Shown piece after piece: positions 52,484 to 61,879 of a stretch of 64,000 nucleotides of DNA (positions are counted from its first letter, which is position 1; every line of letters begins with the position of its first letter). The stretch spans positions 89,590,001-89,654,000 of the forward strand of contig NC_042997.1 in NCBI RefSeq assembly GCF_006345805.1, given 5' to 3'. The position numbers were made by a program, and so were the translations under genes. The notes beneath the pieces were generated by a model. The model searched no databases. It worked only from the letters and a program-made list of their open reading frames with translations, and had not been told where the DNA came from. The stretch comes from Octopus sinensis (lineage: Eukaryota).

Positions 52484-54330
52484 TATACCAATGGGAAGTT
52501 CTGATTCAGCATAGATAGCTGATTTGGTCTGTATATATATTCTTTTTGTAATGACAGAAGAGTTCCCTAACATTTATGGAGGTCTGTATCGTGATGATTG
52601 TTTACTTTACCTCCATAATGTTTCCAACCAAAAGGTACAAAAACTTAAGAATAGTTTAGTTAATTTTTTCAGTAGAATGGGCTTAAAAATCGTTTTTGAT
52701 GACGATATGACGAAGGTCAACTTTTTAGATATTACGCTTAATTTACACAGTGACTCTTACTTCCCATATCGTTAACAGTTGACCAAACTTAAGTACATTA
52801 GCAAATTTAGTAATCATCCTAGAGCAATTACTAAGAACTTAGTTAAGAATATTTCATTTAGATTATCTAAATATCTGCTAATGTTGATATTTTCGATGAT
52901 AATGCTGAATTCTATAACTCTGCCTTAATTAAAGCAGGTTATACAGAGAAAATTTTCTACATTGATTCTACTCAGTCTAATTGTAAATTCAATAATGTAG
53001 ATAAGATTTCTAGTCGTATAAGAATTATTGATAACAAACATAACTTACGCACCGATACAAAGCGAATGAAGGCAGATAACCCTTATTTAATCCCCTATTA
53101 TCGTTCTAAAAGTAAATATAACACCTTCAAAAATAATTACGCTATGAATACTAATAAAAATATTTGGTTAATAATTCCTTAGGGGAGACAAATTAAATCT
53201 AATCTCCCACTGCTGTTTCGTCAAGCTAGTGTTAGGAATTTTCCAAAGAATTCTCTATTATCAATTCACATACGGTTAGGATCGGTTTTTCAAACACAAA
53301 AAAATCTCTTACAAATTATCTCTTCACATAATAACAAACTGTTAAATATTAATACATTCACTAATACTAACATTAATTTAGCTAGTACCATCCAGCCCTC
53401 TAGAAATATTAATAACAAGTTTATTGTATCTGAAGTCAATTCCAATAGAATTAAGTTTATGTCAAGTAACTCTAAGATTAAAAATTCTATATACCAGTAT
53501 ATAATCAGTACTCGTAATAAAGTACGATTTTACATTGGAAGCACATCGTTAGAGTTATCTAAAAGAATTTCTATCCATTACTCAACATTTAGGGATAGAA
53601 ACAAACGTAATAGTACCGGTCTCAGCAAACAGATTTGGGATCTAAAAGACAAAAATGAACAATTTCATTTAGAATGGTTGATTCTCTCAATCTCGATACC
53701 TTATGACAAAGGCAAGGAATTCTGTCTTCTCTGCAATTCTGAGCTATTTTTCATTATTTTTTCTAAAAATCCCCCTGTAAACACGGTTATAGAGCGAGCA
53801 TAAAGATGTAAACATTGGCAAAACACACCTTTAGTGCATATAAGTAGTCTCTATCTATATAATTTAAACTTTAATTTCCTTTATATTTAACATTCACTAT
53901 TAATAGAATGTGAAAATCTTACTCTTTCTGTAAACTACTTATGACGTTATATCATATAACGTTTTTTTAAACAATATTAATAGCGTTCAGTTGTACAAAT
54001 TCATCATTTTTTGCTAAAATGTCTTATTGACGAGTTTCGTTTTTTTCACTTTCCTGAAGAGAAGATTGCATTGTTTATACCATTTATTCTTTTGAATAGT
54101 ATCAGCGGAATTTTCGAAACATGCGTCGAAAGTAAAAATATTTGATTACACATGCGTTAAACTCCATTTATTTATTCATATATTATACAAAAAATTCCAC
54201 GTAAACACGAAGTTTCTACCTTTATAAACAAGGAGTTACAACCTCTTTACTTGTGAGATTTTTGCTACCCTGGTAACTATTTATTTATTTTTCCGTATTA
54301 ATTGTTAACAAGGTAAAAATACACTCATCT
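52484..54330 (+). mobile_element. 5'-truncated Penelope-like element (RT + GIY-YIG), right copy
   Basis: ORF 52524..52775 (LYRDD...NFLDITLNL) and GIY-YIG 53459..53803 (FYIGST...STGLSKQIWDLK...CLLCNSE). Confidence 0.92.
54048..54133 (+). ncRNA. Type I hammerhead ribozyme in PLE 3' region
   Basis: Stem I ACTTTC/GAAAGT; core CTGAAGA 54054-54060; stem II GAAGATT/AATTTTC; GAAA 54116; stem III AC-atgc-GT; GUC cleavage triplet ending at 54127. Confidence 0.85.
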
Positions 54331-54725
54331 ATTTATATATATATACACACACACACAGTAATCTCACGCCATATCGCGACTCACCTATTGTGGTTTATTA
54401 TTTAAGCTTAGGTCAATTCCTCCATGATGTTGTTTTGTATTTATAATAAAGTAAATATATACAAATTATAATAATGATGAAGAAAAATATACAGTACTGT
54501 TTCTACTTCGCAGATTTTCACCTATCACGTGGGTTTGGGAACGTAACACCCGAAATAGTCGAGGGATTACTATTTATATATAATACATAATAATATATAT
54601 ATATATATATACAATAAAAGGAAAATGGAGAGTTCAAATTGACATATGTTAATTTATTAACATGGTATTATTTTATTATTATAATATAAAAATAAATATA
54701 ATCCCTACAACTGTTTCGATTATAT

Positions 54726-54784
<59 letters not shown>

Positions 54785-55741
54785 ATTAGTTGTTGCTTTC
54801 TCATATACAAGCAAAGCCATTGCTAGAAAGTATCATTGAAATGAGCCATTGATGATGCAATATGAGGCCCTTGTATGACTCTTGGGCCCGGCCAAAGATT
54901 TTCACATTCTATTGCATAATCCAGAGCTCTGCTGGCTGGCAGAGGGAACAGGTGCCACAGTTTGAATTCTTATGTCAAGCCTTTTCAATTCTCCAACAGA
55001 AAGGCACACCTTTCCACAGGTTGCACATGTTCTGTTGCGAACAATAACAGTATCACAATTCACAAGGAGTTGATTCCTATGAGTTCTCAGTTGGCTGACC
55101 AGGTCTGCACGACTCAAGTATTTCCTCCCACAAATCACACACATAAGAAGCAACGCTCCCTCATTTTCCACAGGTTCATTCTTTCTAAGCCTTTACTTGA
55201 TCTCTTCGTGCTTCATTCTCTCTCTTTCAAACTTCGAACAACCACTGGGCACTCTTTTCCTTCATCCATTTCGGTCTTGTGCCTCTCTATCCCAATCAAC
55301 AACCGAAACTCCTGTCTGTGTCAGTACAATTCGGAGACAGTCCTTGAACCTCATTTTGGGTTTATGTGCTGACCTCCTACCGTCTTACAGCTCACCATAC
55401 AAAAGTTGCTTAAGAAATCTTTCATCATTCATTCTCACTAGATGTTCACCTCACCTCAAACGACATGTATGTATATACATAAATACACACATACTCAGGT
55501 AAGTATAGAATCAGGGTACATTCACACTGCCGTACCAAATGAAGTTTCTGTTGTTTCTCAGTAAATAGTCGTGTCCAATAGTCTTCGGTGAATAGAAAAC
55601 GATTTCTTTTTCATCCATTCATCTCATTGTTAATGTGGTAACTACAATCATTCACTTCTTATTGTTACACTGAGGGCCATTCATACATACATATACATAC
55701 ACATATGCATACATACATACATACATACATACATACATACA

Positions 55742-55772
<31 letters not shown>

Positions 55773-56019
55773 TCAGGTAAATATAGAATCTGGGTACAAT
55801 CACACTGCCGTACCAAAAGAAGTTTCCGTTGTTTCTCAATGAATAGTCATGTCCAATAGTCTTCGGTGAATAGAAAACGATTTCTTTCTGATCCATTCAT
55901 CTCATTGTTAATGTAGTAACTACAACCATTCACTTCTTATTGTTACTTCACTATTCTTAAAACATATTGAAAAAATAAAAAAATAAAAATAAAACAATTT
56001 TTTATGCCAAAGAGATTCC

Positions 56020-56600
56020 GCTAACTTTACTATCCAGTTTGATGAGTTCAGATAATAATTTGCTGCTCATCTACTTAATGCATATACGATTATGATTCTT
56101 TTTAATGGTTTTGTTAATCATTGCAAAGCACTAAAGGAGAAGGCATTTGTGAAGTTATACCCCGTTTTTTTGTAAAGGAAAGTCTTTCCTGGACAGTGGT
56201 AATCAATAGTTCAAGTGATGAAACTCCTGCAATATTGGTGATAGATCTGGTTTATTAAGCAAGAATGTTAAATGCCAAGAAAATGCATTGTATGATCCAT
56301 ACACATGCAATGTGTATCAAGCCACTGTCTCTAGTTCTCGTTGATGTAGTCTTCTTTATTTGTTGTACCAAAACTTAAATGCAGGACAAGAGGCACTTTT
56401 GTTTCACATAGACATGAGATGGCTTTCGAGAGGAAACAATGGTATCTGGAGTCGCAATATTGAAAGCAAACTGGAAGAATTCGTTTCGAGAAATCAAAAG
56501 GTTAAACCAATCAAATTTACAGATGAACTTTCTAACAACACATGGGAGACATTCTTGACTAGAAACGTCTACCTGAACGACATTTTCACCCAACTAAATG
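56020..56600 (+). mobile_element. Decayed hAT (Charlie/Buster-like) transposase fragment
   Basis: ORF 56360..56605: LLFHIDMRWLSRG and YLNDIFTQLN; IQFDE-like motif near 56030. Confidence 0.7.
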
Positions 56601-57904
56601 TGTAGCAAGTATGTTCAGCTTGCTTGTTTAAGTTTAAATAAGCCCATTTTGGCTCCTACACTGGTTTTCTGCAAGTGGCCACATGACCAAACCCGTTCGT
56701 GTCGATTAGATACTTTAAGTTATACAATCAGACCACTTGCCAGACCAACAAATGCGTGGTGCGTTTTGAACCACCCTTCTGTTATAAATAATTTCCTCTA
56801 AGCATTCTGAGAGAGGATGATCAGCAGATATCTTTGATGCTATGCTTTGTGCTTTTCCCACACACCTCATCATATATAAACTCTACGAGGAACCAATGTA
56901 TTTTTGCTAACAGTATTATTCATGTTGTACCAGTTTGCTGTATCTATAGCGGCTGTCATTGACTGTTCAAGTGTGTGTTATTAAATGGGAAAACAGTTAG
57001 TATGAATCACCATAAGACATTTTTGTGTATAAATATATTGTTTATTATGTGTTCACCTTTTGCGGTGGAAGCATATAGTATGATACAAAAACATATGTGT
57101 TTACATACAAAGAAAGTTTTGATTTTTGCTTTTGCACTGAAAAAGTAACATACAATATTTGTATTACAGTATATATGCATGTATGTAATGATATCAATCA
57201 TTTTAAGAATGTGTGTGTGATAAAATATCTTCGTTTATGAACCATATATCTTGTGTCGAGGTGAATAGACATGTGAGTCGCACGTGGAAGATTACACATG
57301 GAGCTGCAGAGAAGCCATGTGTCTTTGATCGGAGCCTGGAAGGAACTGAGAGTTTCTACAGTGTAGCTCAGAACGAGGCTGCTGTATCAAAGCAAGTATT
57401 TACACCTGCGTTAAACTCCATTTATTTATTCATATATTATAATTATATTTATAGTACTTATAGTATTTATTCGATACTATATTACTACGAATTGATTATT
57501 TCTAAAAGTATTTTACATAAGATTTCCGAAAGTTCGTTTAAGTTAGTTTATTTGTATTTTGAAATTAGCTATTTCATCTTTAAATATGAAAAATTAAATT
57601 TATTAGGTTTTTATTATATGTGCATATACAATTATTTATAGAGATTATTTTAGATCTTAATTATAATATTTATGTAATTAGATATAGACTAATATTGATA
57701 TTAGATTATGGGTGGGTTTCCTACCTTATAAATTAAAATTAATATTTAACATTATAGTCGATTTGGATATAATCATAATTGTTAAGTTCTATGTCTCTAG
57801 TTTGATAATAGAGTTTATTATAAGTAAAATTATTCTATTATATATATTATTTATATCTTAAAATATTGTTTAAATATTTCTGATTATATTTTAGATATTT
57901 CAAT

Positions 57905-57967
57905 CACCTGAAGAATTACTGTAACTCGAATTTTTACGAATTGGACAGCCATGAAACGATCGTAGTG
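57905..57967 (+). ncRNA. Type I hammerhead ribozyme motif, second family (stem II partly decayed)
   Basis: CAC-CTGAAGA-attactgt...acagccat-GAAAC-gatc-GTA-GTG. Palindromic stem III ACGATCGT; 2 mismatches in stem II. Confidence 0.7.
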
Positions 57968-58089
57968 TTATACTAATTATCTTTTTTTAATAATTTTGAT
58001 ATATATTTAAAATAATATAAATTAATTAATCTTATGTATTGGCTTAAGTTTTTCATTGTATGATTTGCCTAATAGTGGTTTTATCTCTA

Positions 58090-59115
58090 ATTTAATATAA
58101 TATATATATATACTGAGAATGTGTGTCTGTCTGTGTGTTTCCCTAAAACTCGAGAACTACAGAACCAATTTAATTCAAATTTTACACATGCCTTACTTAG
58201 GGTCAGGGGAGTGTCATCGGCAAAATTTTAAAAACTTTTTGCCTAGGGCGAGCCCACAGCAATATCATACCTTCTTCACTACGATTCCCTAAAACTTGAG
58301 AACTACACAACCAATTTCATTCAAATTTTACACATGCCTTACTTAGGGTCCATGTAGTTTCATGGGCAAAAAAAAAATGTTCAATTTCTTGCCTAGAGCG
58401 AGCCCATAGCAATATCATATCTTCTCTGCTATTTCAGTATTACGTGTTAAAAGTGAAAAAAAATCATTTCTCTATTTTATGTCAGATACTTTCACTTTAA
58501 CAATAAAAATAATAATAACAATTGAATTACATGTAGTAAGTAATAATTAAAATCAAACTAAAGTATAATATAATCGTAACATAAAAAAAAAGTAAAAATA
58601 GCAATTGGTATAAAATTGCATCAAGAAGATTTGAACACATGGAGGAAAGCAACTTCGAAAAGTGTCTTGGTGTGACTATGAAAGATATCTAATCAGAGAC
58701 GGTAAATTCGCCACAATAGAAGCAAGGTTCGAGTCAACGGAGCGTGCAAGGGAGTACTCGACTCGAACCTTGCAAAGTGGAAATATTTTATTTTTACCTT
58801 TATATCTGGGACGTAGGACGTCCCGGAAAAAGATTAAAAATGCCCCCCCCCCGAAGTAGAGGTAGGCTGGATTGTAGCCACATTTCTATACAAGAGGGAG
58901 GACAAGATACAATTGATCGAAATTACAAGAGACGGGCTAACAATTCCAGTCTGTTATATATTTTGAGTATTGTTATCACTAGCGATATCAAGATATAACT
59001 TTGTATTTTGTATTTTATGTGTAGATGTATATATATATAGATGTACATGTAATATGTACACATATATATACACATATATACATGCACTAGCACTATGACC
59101 CAGCAACGACGGGTC
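58090..59115 (+). mobile_element. Composite Helitron-like region
   Basis: 5' part tgtctgtctgt...gaactacagaaccaattt with an internal ~140-bp duplication. The 3' motif ctagcactatgacccagcaacgacgggtc (59087-59115) is shared with family D. Confidence 0.4.
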
Positions 59116-59232
59116 TTTAATATTAATATATATATATAGGGAGGGTTTACGAAAAACAAAAACAAAAGACAAAGACAGGTGGTGTACAAAACAAACAGAT
59201 GTATTAGTATAACGCTCAGGAATAGAAAAAGT

Positions 59233-59268
59233 CTTTTACGTTTCGAGGCTATGCTCTTCTACAGAAAG
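59233..59268 (-). ncRNA. Degenerate minimal hammerhead-like motif
   Basis: CTTT-CTGTAGA-AGAGC-atag-CCTC-GAAACGT-A-AAAG; core deviates from CTGANGA. Confidence 0.45.
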
Positions 59269-59769
59269 GGACACAGAAAACAAAGAGAGAAACAAGGAGA
59301 GAAAAAAAGTGTGTAGTGGCTAACGATCTATCATGGCGTCTGACTCGGACAGAAGGGTCACACATAAGAAGGAAAGTAGGGGAGATAACAAAGTAAAGAT
59401 GACCCCCTCCCCAACACGAAGGTGCGTGTGTATAAGAGAGTATGTATGTGCGTGTGAAAGAGGGCTAATGGTCTGGACGTGTGCGTGTATGTATGTGTAA
59501 GTGTGAAAATGTGGGGATGGGTGTGTGGGTGGTGTGTTGTGATGTGATGTGTAATGTTGTGTGGTGTAGTGTGGTGCGATGTTGTTGGGAGGTGGGGGAG
59601 GCGAGAGTGGGGAAAGCACGGGTGGAGTATGGGTTCGGCTGAGGGTTGGGGTTTGTGGGGGTAGAGGTGGGGAATGTGGGGGAGGGTGTGTGATTAGGAT
59701 GGGGGGATTAGGATAGGAAAGGTGGAGTAGGGATGTGTAGGGGTGGGTGGGCTTATGGGGGAGGGGACG

Positions 59770-60060
59770 GTAGGTAAGTGAGGAGAGAGAGGAGGAGAGA
59801 AGAGAGAAAGAGAGAAGAGAGAAAGAGTAGGAGAGAAGAGAGAAAGAGAATAAGAGAGGAGAGAGAAAGAGGGAAGAGAGAAAGAGAGTAGGAGAGAAAG
59901 AGAGTAGGAGAGAAAGAGAGTAGGAGAGAAAGAGAGAAGAGAGAAAGAGAGTAAGAGGGAAGAGAGAAAGAGGGGACAGAAAGAGAGTAGGAGAGAAGAG
60001 AGAAAGAGAGAAGAGGGAAAGAGAGTAGGGGTGCAAAGATGTAGGAGTGAAGAGAAGTAG
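59770..60060. repeat. Purine-rich (GA/GGAGA) low-complexity tract
   Basis: Direct inspection. Confidence 0.9.
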
Positions 60061-60391
60061 GAGTCGGGGAGGAAATTAGATGAAGAGGGGAGGAGAGTTG
60101 AGCCCAAATGGCGTAAAAGAGCGAAGAGAGAAGATTAATCCCTGTTCACGGCGCAAATGGGAGTCCAGATGGCCTCTGTGCAAGGACAATCCATACACAG
60201 ACAGGTGTTGCAAGGAGTGATCAGTGGGGCGGAAATGGCATGAGACTGGGGTGCCATTGCCGAGGCGGATGTCTTAGAGGTGTTCCGCGAACTGGTCAGC
60301 CAAGCGGCGTCCCGTTTGTCCGATGTACAGGGAATGGCAGAGAGAGCAGGAGATGCAATAAATGATATTGCTGGAGGTGCAGGTGAAGGAG

Positions 60392-60429
<38 letters not shown>

Positions 60430-60813
60430 GCACAGAATTTTGTCAGTGAACAGGTTGTGGTTTCAAAGTGACGAAAATATTTTGACAAATTAAATTTGAA
60501 TGTTGAAGTGAATATAATGGTTTTCGTGTGTTTTTAAATGGCCTATAAACAACTTCCATGCTGCAATTATTTTTGTTTCAGCACACGATCACAGATCAAG
60601 TCACTTGCTATGCAAGTACATCTCCGTAATATATGTATGTGTGTGTGTGTGTGTGTGTATTATGCATAGACCAAAACAGTCTGAATCTCAGAATACTAAA
60701 AACTAGCCACGCGCTTGAAAGTCAGAATACCAAGGATTCTGAATGAAACTGATTCGATCTATACATGTAACTCCCAATAAATGTGTTGAGTGCCCTTCGT
60801 TTGCCTATTCACT

Positions 60814-60857
<44 letters not shown>

Positions 60858-61879
60858 CACATACATACATATAGAGTGGGAGAGAGAGAGAGAGAGAGTG
60901 AGAGAGGAGGAAGATAAAAAGAGAGTATGTGTGAGTGAATGAACGCAAGTATCCTCTGCTTCTGTGTAATGTTTAAGTAACAATTTCGAACAACAGCTGA
61001 TATTGAAGATCGCCTAAGTTAACCAATGACTGTGTTCATTCGCTGTTCTACTGTCTGCTCTTTCTATGTGGTTCTTAGAACGATACTTGTTTGTAAGCGT
61101 CATAACAATTCCGAACGGACACATCTGTGTTGACGTTATCATTCGAAAGCTTGACTATCGTTTACTATACCATTGTTCAGAGTTTCCATCTTCGCTGTTT
61201 GCTTAGTATACAATGCCACACACTTCATAAATCTCCTTCATATCTGCTCCACCCCATACCATAAGGCCTTACCTATTGTATACATACCTGGCAAATGCCA
61301 AAATACCTCTGGTCGCTTCAAACCAACGAGGCTATGGTCCTGACAATGTCCATTCCTTTGCCCATAATCATTACCCTTTAGTGCTATTTTGCCTATATCA
61401 CCAAACGCTTCGATCTCTTCCACTGCACAGAGAAATACCTTGATCTTCAGATACAGCACAGGGTGTCCCATTTCCCCCAACAGGCAACTCATTTGGCTCT
61501 ACCTACTATCATCCTAGAGCACTCACTTCCACAAGCATAGCTAGAATGTGTGCTGCCTGGGGTGGCCTTTCACTTTGCTGCCCTGGGCCCTCACGGGAAG
61601 TACATATTGCTAACAACAGACCCAAAAGTGGTGCCGTCCCCTCCAGCTACGCTAACGCTCACTTCCAATAGTTGAAAGATAATGAAGACAACCATTAACC
61701 CCGGCATTCCTCAACACCTTAAATCATTTCTTTTTCTTATGGCTTGCATAATTGGATCCACTGGAAACTTACTCTCCTGTCACTATGTAGAATCTCCCAC
61801 ATAAAGCTTTTGCGTTAATCATTGTTGAAAATATATTTATTTTTTATTTACTTCATCTTTTATCTTTTACTTGTTTCAG

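Larger units (their letters stand above)
48680..55790. repeat. Large inverted duplication: arms 48680-51999 and 52484-55790, spacer 52000-52483
   Basis: Mirror-image ORFs with identical translations (49318..49587/54902..55171; 49117..49527/54962..55372) and a mirrored GIY-YIG ORF (50822..51034/53459..53803). Boundaries located by direct comparison. Confidence 0.97.
59140..60393 (-). mobile_element. Penelope-like element 3' fragment (second family): GIY-YIG + repeat-rich 3'UTR
   Basis: Minus frame from 60393, absent from the ORF track: DSFTCTSSNIIYCISCSLCHSLYIGQTGRRLADQFAEHL*DIR...HF...DHS...LRREQGLIFSLRSFTPFGLN. One stop codon. Confidence 0.88.

Noticed and set aside
57420-58090. Possible NUMT (very AT-rich)
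   Set aside because: No recognisable mitochondrial gene, tRNA or rRNA motif; PLE-shared sequence and a hammerhead explain it better. A BLAST against the mitogenome would settle it.
59320-60036. 238-aa S/L/P-rich ORF
   Set aside because: Low-complexity 3'UTR of the PLE; no domain signature.
60280-60488. ORFs 60280..60471 (+) and 60135..60488 (-)
   Set aside because: Off-frame or antisense shadows of the GIY-YIG frame starting at 60393.
61238-61620. Possible further PLE GIY-YIG relic (FHFAALGPHG)
   Set aside because: Only a short C-terminal resemblance; catalytic motifs are not recoverable.
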